Assembly: GCA_964605725.1 (NCBI GenBank) | Contig: CAZSDQ010000002.1 | Span: 5,600 to 69,599, forward strand | Length of the DNA: 64,000 nt | Source of the DNA: an uncultured Candidatus Saccharibacteria bacterium | Lineage (GTDB): Bacteria > Patescibacteriota > WWE3 > UBA101185 > UBA10185 | Reading direction: 5' to 3' | In this document: piece after piece, positions 19,328 through 27,184 of the stretch | Layout: each line of letters begins with the position of its first letter | Position numbering within the stretch: position 1 is the stretch's first letter | Position numbers and translations under genes: made by a program | Notes under the pieces: generated by a model | What the model was told of the DNA's origin: nothing | The model's database searches: none | What the model saw: the letters and a program-made list of their open reading frames with translations, nothing else

Positions 19328-19496
19328 TCAAGTTAAAAAACACGAATCTATTTATTTATCAAACTTTCATCTAAAGAATTAACATTTCTTAAGCTCAATC
19401 GCAAGGTTCCCGAGCGAAGCGAGATGGTTCTTCCCATTGAGCTCAGCGAACTACTTACAGCGTAGAGATTATAGCAATTCAAATTTAAATCCTCAA

Positions 19497-20357
19497 TTAC
19501 TCTTTATTTATTTTTTTCAAACCGGTATCTTCTTCCATTCTAAATCTAAAGAACAAAGAAACCGCCAATATAATAAATAAAAGCCAATTTAGAATAAATC
19601 CGTAAACAACAGGCGATACTGTAGAAAAAGCTCTTACTATCATAGGTATTGTTGATGCATGTATACATATTTGAAAAGCAGACTTAAAATCAATTTTTTT
19701 TCTAGTAGAAATAGATGCAATATATACACCCACTGCTGAAATCAAAATTATAAATATTGAACCACCGACATATTCAAATAAAAAAGTTGGTATAAGCAAT
19801 GCTAAGGGTAGAAGGTACGGTAGAAACCCGATTACCTTTTTCACCGTTTGCATTTTTTCATTCAAAAGATTCTTATCCAGTTTTCCATTCGGAATATTTT
19901 TAAGTGGTTGTGCAACCACACCTTCGGTATCTGTTTTACATAAAATATTTTCTGAATTAATTAAAAACATCGTGTTGTACTCATCAATTTTTTCAATTGT
20001 TCCCTCTTTATCAAAAACAAACAAATTCTGAGGTAACTTATTGTCTTTCCCTAAATCTATCTTTTTAATAATTACCGGCTCTTCCTTATTAGAACTCCAC
20101 GAACCATCCTTAAATTCAATAACAAAATCTTCAGGAAAACCCTCCTCGATACTTTGATAAGAAATTTTTATTTCAGAAATATATTTTGGAAGGTAAATAA
20201 TTGAGTATCCAATAACTGATATAACGGAGACTAAGAAAGATAAAGCTAAAAAATATTTTATTGAGAAATTAATTTTAGATTTAACGATGTCGTTGTAGTA
20301 TTTTGGTGAAGATATGCTGTTTTTAAGAACATATACAAAGGTTTTTAGTTTTTTCAT
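19497..20357 (-). CDS. hypothetical integral membrane protein
   Basis: ORF with TM helices at the N-terminus and in the C-terminal third. Confidence 0.5.
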   Translation of the reverse strand: MKKLKTFVYVLKNSISSPKYYNDIVKSKINFSIKYFLALSFLVSVISVIGYSIIYLPKYISEIKISYQSIEEGFPEDFVIEFKDGSWSSNKEEPVIIKKIDLGKDNKLPQNLFVFDKEGTIEKIDEYNTMFLINSENILCKTDTEGVVAQPLKNIPNGKLDKNLLNEKMQTVKKVIGFLPYLLPLALLIPTFLFEYVGGSIFIILISAVGVYIASISTRKKIDFKSAFQICIHASTIPMIVRAFSTVSPVVYGFILNWLLFIILAVSLFFRFRMEEDTGLKKINKE

Positions 20358-20394
20358 AAAGTCATTTTATCAGAAGGGATGGTAAAATGTATTT

Positions 20395-20748
20395 ATGCAA
20401 TATCAAATAACATCAGATAATATCGAACTGTCTCCAAGCATGGAGGCTTTAACGAAAGAGAAGTTTGAAAGGATAGAAAGCAGGGTGAAACATTTACCCG
20501 AGGGTTCGTGTTTTGCAAGAGTAGTTTTAAATTCAGTACCCGAGGAACAATTTGAAGCTAAAGTTAATTTAGATCTTAGCGGCAAAGAATATTTTTCTGA
20601 TGAAACCGCTTTTACACTTGAAAATGCTTTAGTTGAGGTGGTAGAAGAATTGCTTGAGATGATTGAAAAAGATAGTATAGTCCAGCGCAGAAAGGATTTG
20701 AAAAAAGAAGTTGATTTGGAAGAGTTTTTGACAGACCAGGCACAGTAG
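20395..20748 (+). CDS. hpf: ribosome hibernation promoting factor / RaiA (YfiA) family, short form
   Basis: 117 aa. Motifs ITSDNIELSPSMEALTKEKFERI...AKVNLDLSG match the ribosomal subunit interface protein family. Confidence 0.7.
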   Translation: MQYQITSDNIELSPSMEALTKEKFERIESRVKHLPEGSCFARVVLNSVPEEQFEAKVNLDLSGKEYFSDETAFTLENALVEVVEELLEMIEKDSIVQRRKDLKKEVDLEEFLTDQAQ

Positions 20749-20776
20749 TATAATACGATTTTTAGGTAATAAGCTT

Positions 20777-21302
20777 AGCGAAGTTGACCAAGAAAGGGGA
20801 GATTTAAGTACTTTAAAAAATTTACTTTGAAATAGGCACGGGTGATTAGCTCCTGTTGGAGTGAAACGACAACCGTTACCAACGTATAGTTGAAAATTAA
20901 CTTAAAAATAAACGAGCTTTAGCGATTGAGTAAGTGTGAGAAGAAATTGGATTTTAGTTGGTGCGTTGGTAAGATTGGCAGAGCAAGCGTCTTTAGTAAG
21001 CGAACGTTAGTGAAGCTGACCAAGACGGGAGTTGAAGTTTGTTAACAACATTTACTTAGGGATTATTTAGGGTGATTAGCTCCTGTTGGAGTGAAACGAC
21101 AACCGGAGATAATCTAGATAAAGAAACTTAAATTAGATGATTTGAGCGTAAGCGAAAGAGATAAAAGAAGATAGGTAAGGTTAAAACATGGGTGATTAGC
21201 TCAATTGGCAGAGCAAGCGTCTTTAGTCAACAAGCGGTAGCGAAGTTGACCAAGAGAGGTGAGGTTTAAGTGCGTTAAAAAGATTTACTTAGAAATCGTT
21301 AT
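20777..21302 (+). repeat. array of degenerate, nested 5'-fragments of the downstream tRNA, interleaved with a conserved ~60-nt purine-rich flank motif
   Basis: GGGTGATTAGCTC (tRNA positions 1-13) occurs at 20840, 21070 and 21190. Two copies extend to anticodon-loop position 33 (ATTGGCAGAGCAAGCGTCTT at 20974-20994 and 21203-21223) and then diverge. The motif AGCGAAGTTGACCAAGA.AGG..AG.TTTAAGT...TTAAAAA.ATTTACTT occurs at 20777, ~21009 and 21239. Confidence 0.6.
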
Positions 21303-21378
21303 GGGTGATTAGCTCAATTGGCAGAGCAAGCGTCTTATACACGCTCGGTTCCAGGTTCGAGTCCTGGATCACCCACCA
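21303..21378 (+). tRNA. tRNA-Ile (anticodon UAU, reading AUA)
   Basis: GGGTGATTAGCTCAATTGGCAGAGCAAGCGTCTTATACACGCTCGGTTCCAGGTTCGAGTCCTGGATCACCCACCA. Perfect cloverleaf with anticodon loop CTTATAC (U33, A37) and encoded CCA. Confidence 0.8.
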
Positions 21379-21523
21379 GAAAAGTGGGTATCATCCGCAG
21401 GATGGTAACTAACTCTATAGTGATACAGGACGAGAATGTCGGAGCGAACAAAGTGAGCGAGACGGGGTCGAGAGCCAAGAAGCTCTAGGAACGAAGTGAC
21501 GTAGAGATACTTGGACTAGTGAC

Positions 21524-21570
21524 CGAGTCCTGGATCACCCACCAGAAAAGTGGGTATCATCCGCAGGATG
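21524..21570 (+). repeat. direct repeat of the tRNA-Ile 3' end plus 27 nt of downstream flank (att-like duplication of 21358-21408)
   Basis: gagtcctggatcacccaccagaaaagtgggtatcatccgcaggatgg occurs twice, 115 bp apart. Confidence 0.6.
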
Positions 21571-21580
21571 GATACCACAA

Positions 21581-21994
21581 CTAAGATTTTAAATATTTCC
21601 TCAAAGCCTTATCCAATGTTTTTATCTTTACATTATAGATATTGGAGTATGTGACTATAAAACAATCAATGATACTTAACTTGGGTTTTCGTCCGTAGAT
21701 ATAAAGGATTTCTTTAAGACTATTCTTATCAGTGAATACGTTATCGTAAGAAATTATTGTAAAAACATAATCGACAATCGTTTCTCTAGATTGTTTATAA
21801 AATTTCTCTAGAACAAAAACTGTTTCAAAAAATATTGGCAGTGGGATATGGACCTCGTCGGTATTGGCGATTATTTTTGTAAGTTCCGGGTTTTCATCAA
21901 TTAGAGCTCTTATCAAAATGTTGGTATCTATAACAACTCCCTTAGACAACCGAACCTTATCATCTAACTTCTCATTAATTGTTTTTCTTTTCAT
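21581..21994 (-). CDS. vapC: PIN-domain toxin (VapC-like)
   Basis: Motif VVIDTNILIRAL and a later acidic IIDCFIV. The ORF overlaps the upstream small antitoxin ORF. Confidence 0.7.
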   Translation of the reverse strand: MKRKTINEKLDDKVRLSKGVVIDTNILIRALIDENPELTKIIANTDEVHIPLPIFFETVFVLEKFYKQSRETIVDYVFTIISYDNVFTDKNSLKEILYIYGRKPKLSIIDCFIVTYSNIYNVKIKTLDKALRKYLKS

Positions 21995-22223
21995 TTACGA
22001 TATGTCTTTCCGTCCAAGTACTTTCTATCTTTTGTTTACTTAATTTGACATTAGAGTCCTTTAGTAGTCCCCTGAAATCGTCTATGGATTTAAGTTTAGA
22101 TACTTTGATTGTTTCACCGGATTCATAAAAAACCAACCTGTCACTTGGTTTAAGTTTTAATTTATCTCTTACCTTTATTGGTACTGTTATTTGATTTTGT
22201 TTAGTTAATGTTGCGTACTCCAT
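21975..22223 (-). CDS. AbrB/MazE (SpoVT-AbrB) family antitoxin
   Basis: 82 aa. MEYATLTKQNQITVPIKVRDKLKLKPSDRLVF matches the swapped-hairpin AbrB/MazE fold. Overlaps the vapC start by 20 nt. Confidence 0.55.
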   Translation of the reverse strand: MEYATLTKQNQITVPIKVRDKLKLKPSDRLVFYESGETIKVSKLKSIDDFRGLLKDSNVKLSKQKIESTWTERHIVNEKKNN

Positions 22224-22313
22224 ATTAATGATAAAGTATCATATACATTAAAAATGTAAATAATTAATGAAAGAACTTCAGATAAGTTAGTTATGTTATT
22301 ATATTAGCAGGGG

Positions 22314-22661
22314 GTGAAATTAATGTTAAAAAATATAATAAAATTCATAGTAAATGGTTTTGCGGTTTATGCTACTGCATATCTTCTTTCAGGAGTAACC
22401 GTTTCTTCATTCAAAGTTGCTTTAATTGTTGCCTTAGTTTTAGCAGCCTTAAATATTTTAGTAAAACCAATTCTTTTGATTCTCTCCCTTCCAGTAACTA
22501 TTATAACTTTAGGTCTATTCACCTTTGTGATAGATGCTTTAATGGTGATTATTGTCTCAAAAATTGTTCTGGGATTTAGTGTAGACAGTTTCTTAACAGC
22601 AATTGTGTTTTCAATAGTATTGACAATACTGTCATACATTTTGCACAAACTGATTGATTGA
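22314..22661 (+). CDS. DUF360 / phage holin family 4 (Phage_holin_4_2) membrane protein
   Basis: 115 aa with 4 TM helices. Pattern LLSGVTVSSFKVALIVALVLAALNILVKPILLILSLPVTIITLGLFTFVIDALMV matches PF04020-type proteins. Confidence 0.55.
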   Translation: MKLMLKNIIKFIVNGFAVYATAYLLSGVTVSSFKVALIVALVLAALNILVKPILLILSLPVTIITLGLFTFVIDALMVIIVSKIVLGFSVDSFLTAIVFSIVLTILSYILHKLID

Positions 22662-22714
22662 AGTTAGCCTAAAAATTAACCTTTTTAAAAAAGTATTTCG
22701 TTACAAAGTCTATT

Positions 22715-23590
22715 TTAGAGTGTTGTCAACTCTGTCTTATCCATTTTTTCCGGTTTTTTGATGTATTCTAGGTATTTTTCAGTAGTAGATTCTCTTTTAT
22801 GTCCTGCAACCTTCGCTAAATAAGAGATATTCACACCGTTTTCAAGATGAAAAGCTACAAATGTATGTCTCAAGTCATTTACTTTTGCCTTTTCAATACC
22901 TGCAATTCTAAAAAACCTGTCTATAGTCGATCTGATATTTCTAATTAGCAATCCCTTTCCTGTCTTTGTAATAAAAAGATTCGCTGAAGCCCCTGATACA
23001 TTGGCTCTATCTTTTTCTATATATTTCTTCACTGCTTCTGACGCAGGTTTATTAACCGGAATATTTCTCGATTCTTTGTTGTTTCTTTTAGGAATAAACA
23101 AAGAAGCTGTTTCATCCTTTATTTCAAAATCTTTCATTTCAATCCCGGCTAGTTCTGAAATAGTAATTCCTGTTTGAAGTAGAAGTTCAATCATAGCGTA
23201 GCTTCTGACATCATTTTTTGCAGAGTCTCTCAAAGCTCTGTACTCCATTTTTGAAAGTATTCTTGGAGCACCTGTTTCAAATTTTGGATGTTTCAATTGG
23301 GGTGAAATATCTTCTTTAAGATAACCTTCTTTTGCTAAATATTTAATGAAAGTTCTGGCTGCATTAGTTTTTCTGGAAATTGATTTTGGTGTGTAATTTT
23401 TCTCACCTAAATCCTTCATAAATGCAACAATTGGTTCAATTGAAATTTTTTCAACCTCATCAATTTTTTTAGACGACAAAAAAGATAGAAGTTGCTCAAT
23501 GTCCTTGTTATAGGCAACAACCGTAGCTCCCGACTTTCCCTCGGACTTTAATTCTTCGATAAACTTTTTTTGTGCAATATCTAGTTTCAT
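22715..23590 (-). CDS. tyrosine recombinase XerC/XerD-like with non-canonical active-site residues
   Basis: Box I ELLLQTGITISELAGI aligns with XerD VLYATGLRVSELVGL, so catalytic Arg-I is replaced by Thr. Box II VNDLRHTF aligns with SPHVLRHAF, so His-II is replaced by Asn. GHKRESTTEKYLEYI retains the His and the Tyr nucleophile. Confidence 0.75.
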   Translation of the reverse strand: MKLDIAQKKFIEELKSEGKSGATVVAYNKDIEQLLSFLSSKKIDEVEKISIEPIVAFMKDLGEKNYTPKSISRKTNAARTFIKYLAKEGYLKEDISPQLKHPKFETGAPRILSKMEYRALRDSAKNDVRSYAMIELLLQTGITISELAGIEMKDFEIKDETASLFIPKRNNKESRNIPVNKPASEAVKKYIEKDRANVSGASANLFITKTGKGLLIRNIRSTIDRFFRIAGIEKAKVNDLRHTFVAFHLENGVNISYLAKVAGHKRESTTEKYLEYIKKPEKMDKTELTTL

Positions 23591-23720
23591 AATATTATTT
23601 TTTTGAGCAGATGTATTTTCTAAGGGGGCTTTTAGACAAAAGAAAATATTAAGTAAATTCTATGGGCTTATCTTACCAAAACCGTTGAAAACTGTCAATT
23701 AATTAACTATTATAGGTTTA

Positions 23721-24122
23721 ATGTCCTCAATAAGCAGATTAAAATATATTTTAGGTATCGTATTTTTTACAGTGTTATCGGTAAACACCATCAAATCAGC
23801 ACTAAATGTTTTAAAAAGTAAGGATAGGTTGGATCAGGTTAAAAATGAAGTAGCCGTGTTGGAAGAAGACAAGAAGAAGATAGAAGAGGAGATAGAGTTT
23901 AAAAAAACAGATGAATATATTGAAGAAAAGGCAAGGAACGATTTAAATCTTATTAAGCCGGGGGAGAAGGTCTATGTTGTGAAAACCACTGAAAAGGACA
24001 CCGCAGGAAATGTTTTATCTGAAACAGACACTGCTGCTTCAGAAAAAGGTTTGGATAAAGGTAATGAGGAAAAAAAGAATGAAAATTGGTATTCCTGGTA
24101 CAGACTTTTCTTTGATAATTAA
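23721..24122 (+). CDS. septum formation initiator (FtsB/DivIC family)
   Basis: N-terminal TM helix, a coiled-coil (VKNEVAVLEEDKKKIEEEIEF) and the motif ARNDLNLIKPGEKVYVV. Confidence 0.55.
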   Translation: MSSISRLKYILGIVFFTVLSVNTIKSALNVLKSKDRLDQVKNEVAVLEEDKKKIEEEIEFKKTDEYIEEKARNDLNLIKPGEKVYVVKTTEKDTAGNVLSETDTAASEKGLDKGNEEKKNENWYSWYRLFFDN

Positions 24123-24127
24123 GGATT

Positions 24128-24156
24128 TTGACACTTCTGGGTTTATCTGTTAGATT
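24128..24156 (+). promoter_or_regulatory. sigma-70-like promoter for tRNA-fMet
   Basis: TTGACA followed by a 17-bp spacer and TAGATT, ending 21 nt upstream of the tRNA 5' end. Confidence 0.35.
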
Positions 24157-24177
24157 ATCAAAGAATTAAAAAAACAT

Positions 24178-24251
24178 CGCGGGATGGAGGAATGGCACCT
24201 CACCGGGCTCATAATCCGGGGGTCCTGGTTCGAGTCCAGGTCCCGCAACCA
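24178..24251 (+). tRNA. initiator tRNA-fMet (anticodon CAU)
   Basis: CGCGGGATGGAGG...GGGCTCATAATCCGGG...TCCCGCAACCA. The C1-A72 mismatch and anticodon-stem G-C pairs are initiator hallmarks. Confidence 0.85.
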
Positions 24252-24264
24252 AGAAAAAAATAAC

Positions 24265-24289
24265 AAGCACTTATAAAAGTGCTTTTTTT
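24265..24289 (+). terminator. rho-independent terminator
   Basis: aagcactt-ataa-aagtgctt hairpin followed by TTTTTTT. Confidence 0.45.
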
Positions 24290-24335
24290 ATTTGTGTTTA
24301 ATCTTGTATAATACGGGTGCTATCTATTGAATCTT

Positions 24336-24411
24336 GCCAATGTAGCTCAGGGGTTAGAGCGGGCGTTTCATAAGCGCTAGGTCGGTGGTTCAAGTCCACC
24401 CATTGGCACCA
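24336..24411 (+). tRNA. tRNA with CAU anticodon (elongator Met or lysidine-type Ile2)
   Basis: GCCAATGTAGCTCAGGGGTTAGAGCGGGCGTTTCATAAGCGCTAGGTCGGTGGTTCAAGTCCACCCATTGGCACCA. Cloverleaf with a CAT anticodon; a TATAAT -10 box lies upstream. Confidence 0.8.
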
Positions 24412-24462
24412 ATAAATTGAAGATTTTGAACCCGGTATTTTTATGAAAAAATCCTTCTTTTA

Positions 24463-26376
24463 ATGTATACTCTTAAAGCTATGGCAGAACAAAAAGAAAA
24501 AAATCAAAAAGATAATAAAAAACAATCAAAAAACGGCAAAAAAACCCAAAAAATAAAATTGCCTAACAAAATGGTAATTGAGGTAAAAAGACCAAACATT
24601 TTCACCAATGTATTTTTCTACATATTTCTACTATTTGCCGCTTACATGATTTTTGGATCAATGAAAGATAGTGTGCTGGTTCAGGAAGAGATTCCAATTG
24701 GTCAGGTAGTAAATTTAATAAATGAAGAAAAAGTACAGGACGTCATTGTTACCGGAGATAAAATAGAAGTTCTGGAAAGAAGTGGTACAAAAGTATATTC
24801 CAAAAAAGAAACCTCAATAAGTTTTGATCAGATTCTAAGCAACAACAACGTCGACAGGTCAAAAATTTCCGGAAAATTAGAGGTAAAACAACAAGTTAGT
24901 ATAGGAGAAATTCTCTCTCCCTTACTGATGTTCGGACTTCCTTTCTTGGTTCTTTTTTACTTTTTAAGACAAATGAAAGGTCAGAACGGAGATATTATGT
25001 CTTTTGGAAAATCACGAGCAAAGCTTTTTGTTAAAGGTCAACAAAAAATTACATTTAATGATGTCGCAGGTTGTGAGGAAGCCAAAAGAGAAATGGCTGA
25101 AATAGTTGATTTTCTTAAATTTCCTACAAAATACAGAAAACTTGGGGCAAGAATTCCAAAAGGAGTTTTACTGGTAGGCCCCTCGGGGGTTGGTAAGACT
25201 TTATTAGCCAGAGCAATAGCCGGGGAAGCGGAGGTTCCTTTTTTTAGTGTTGCCGGGAGCGAGTTTATGGAAATGTTAGTCGGTGTAGGATCATCTAGAG
25301 TGAGAGATCTTTTTGCAATGGCCAGAGAAAAACAGCCCAGCTTAATTTTTATTGATGAAATTGACGCTATCGGAAGACAAAGAGGAATGGGAATTGGAGG
25401 AGGCCACGATGAGAGAGAACAAACCCTAAATCAAATTTTAACCGAAATGGACGGTTTTGATGTTAGAACAAGCGTCATCGTGTTGGCAGCAACAAACAGA
25501 CCGGATATGCTGGATTCTGCTTTAATCAGACCCGGAAGGTTTGATAGAAGAATTTCAATCCCCCTTCCTGATTTAAAAGACAGAGAAGAGATAATTAAAA
25601 TTCACATGAGAGGAAAGCCAATAAATCCAGATGTTAGTGTGGAAAAATTGGCTAAAAAGACAGTAGGTTTCAGTGGGGCTGACATTGAAAATATGTTAAA
25701 CGAAGCTGCAATTCTTACTGCCAGGGAAAACAGAGAATCCATTACCGACAAAGATTTAGATGAGGCATCGTTAAAAGTTACTATTGGTTCAGAGAGAAAA
25801 ACATTGCAGAGTGACGAGGAAAAAAGAATGACTGCTTATCATGAAGCAGGCCACGCTCTCGTTGCAGTAAATGTAAAAGATATGGATCCGGTTCAGAGAG
25901 TTTCTATTGTTGCCAGAGGTCAAACACTTGGTCACACAGATCTTCCCCCTGAAAGAGACAGGTACCAACTAACAAAAACAAGAATCGAATCATTGATAAC
26001 CACTATGCTCGGGGGAAGAGCCGCAGAAGAAATAGTTTTTGGCGAACTTACTGCGGGAGCGTCTGATGATATAAAAAGATGTACTGAACTCGCCAGAAAA
26101 ATGGTAACTGAATATGGTATGAGTTCTTTAGGTCCGATCTTCTTTGAAGGACGAAGTGAATTCTCATGGCTTGCCGAAGAATTTGGGGAAGGCTCCTCGA
26201 TCAGTGAAGAAATGTCCTCTAAGATTGATAAGGAAATTTCTGGTATTGTTGAAAAATCATACCAAGAAGCAAAGAAAATTCTAAAAGAAAATAAGGAAAA
26301 ATTAGATAAGGTCGTTGCAAAATTATTAGAAGTAGAAACTATCGGAGGGGACGAGTTTAAGGAACTTGTTTCTTAA
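24463..26376 (+). CDS. ftsH: ATP-dependent zinc metalloprotease FtsH
   Basis: Walker A GPSGVGKT, Walker [13 protein letters not shown] region, and the zinc-binding HEAGHAL motif. Confidence 0.9.
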   Translation: MYTLKAMAEQKEKNQKDNKKQSKNGKKTQKIKLPNKMVIEVKRPNIFTNVFFYIFLLFAAYMIFGSMKDSVLVQEEIPIGQVVNLINEEKVQDVIVTGDKIEVLERSGTKVYSKKETSISFDQILSNNNVDRSKISGKLEVKQQVSIGEILSPLLMFGLPFLVLFYFLRQMKGQNGDIMSFGKSRAKLFVKGQQKITFNDVAGCEEAKREMAEIVDFLKFPTKYRKLGARIPKGVLLVGPSGVGKTLLARAIAGEAEVPFFSVAGSEFMEMLVGVGSSRVRDLFAMAREKQPSLIFIDEIDAIGRQRGMGIGGGHDEREQTLNQILTEMDGFDVRTSVIVLAATNRPDMLDSALIRPGRFDRRISIPLPDLKDREEIIKIHMRGKPINPDVSVEKLAKKTVGFSGADIENMLNEAAILTARENRESITDKDLDEASLKVTIGSERKTLQSDEEKRMTAYHEAGHALVAVNVKDMDPVQRVSIVARGQTLGHTDLPPERDRYQLTKTRIESLITTMLGGRAAEEIVFGELTAGASDDIKRCTELARKMVTEYGMSSLGPIFFEGRSEFSWLAEEFGEGSSISEEMSSKIDKEISGIVEKSYQEAKKILKENKEKLDKVVAKLLEVETIGGDEFKELVS

Positions 26377-26392
26377 TTAAAATAATAGTCAC

Positions 26393-27184
26393 ATGTTTAT
26401 AGATTCCCATTGTCATCTAACTCACGAGTTCTACGAAAATAATCTTGAAGAGTTGATTAAAGATTCTATCGAATTAGGAATTTCAAATTTTATTACCATA
26501 GGTACTTCAGTATTAGAAAATCAAAAAGTAATTCAAGTATCCGAAAATTACGAAAATGTTTTTTGTACTGTTGGTATATATCCGCACGAAAATCAGGAAT
26601 TAACATTTGATAATTTAAAAAAATCACTGGAGGAAAATATTAACTCAAGTAAAAAAATTGTTGGTATAGGAGAGTGCGGCATAGATATAACAAACAGGGA
26701 CAGTCAAAGAAAGTTGGAGGATCAAAAGTCTTTATTCGAAATGCAACTTTCTTTAGCAGTAAAATACGGTATTCCCGTTACGGTACACAATAGAAATGGA
26801 GACGAAATAATTCTAAATATTTTGAAAAAGTATTCAAGTAATAATCTAAGGGGTGTGATTCATTGTTTCGATTCAAACTGGTCTTTTGCAAAAAACGTGC
26901 TGGATCTCGGTTTTTATATTTCTTTTTCAAATATGGTTACTTATCCTAAAAAAGATGCACTTTTAGAAGTTGTTAAAAATGTACCTAAAGATAGATTTTT
27001 AATCGAAACTGACTCCCCGTATCTTCCACCCCAATCTATGCGTGGTGAGATAAATTATCCTAAGTATGTTAAAATCGTTGCAGAGAAAGTCGCACAGATA
27101 AAGCAAAAAACATTTAATGAAGTCTCGGAGCTTTCTTTTAAGAATACCTGCTCTCTTTTTAATATATGTTGTCAAAATTTGTAG
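26393..27184 (+). CDS. tatD: TatD family metal-dependent DNase
   Basis: MFIDSHCHL at the N-terminus plus conserved GECGID and ETDSPYL motifs. Confidence 0.85.
   Translation: MFIDSHCHLTHEFYENNLEELIKDSIELGISNFITIGTSVLENQKVIQVSENYENVFCTVGIYPHENQELTFDNLKKSLEENINSSKKIVGIGECGIDITNRDSQRKLEDQKSLFEMQLSLAVKYGIPVTVHNRNGDEIILNILKKYSSNNLRGVIHCFDSNWSFAKNVLDLGFYISFSNMVTYPKKDALLEVVKNVPKDRFLIETDSPYLPPQSMRGEINYPKYVKIVAEKVAQIKQKTFNEVSELSFKNTCSLFNICCQNL

Noticed and set aside
19380-19460. Possible second tRNA gene upstream of tRNA-Asn
   Set aside because: Only the D-arm-like segment is present (GCTGAGCTCAATGGGAAG). No acceptor, anticodon or T-arm can be folded. Reported as a fragment finding instead.
20777-21570. 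Possible CRISPR array, suggested by repeated units near a tRNA
   Set aside because: Repeat units are unequal in length (about 115-235 bp), the repeated parts are tRNA-derived and nested, there are no short uniform spacers, and no cas genes are within 20 kb.
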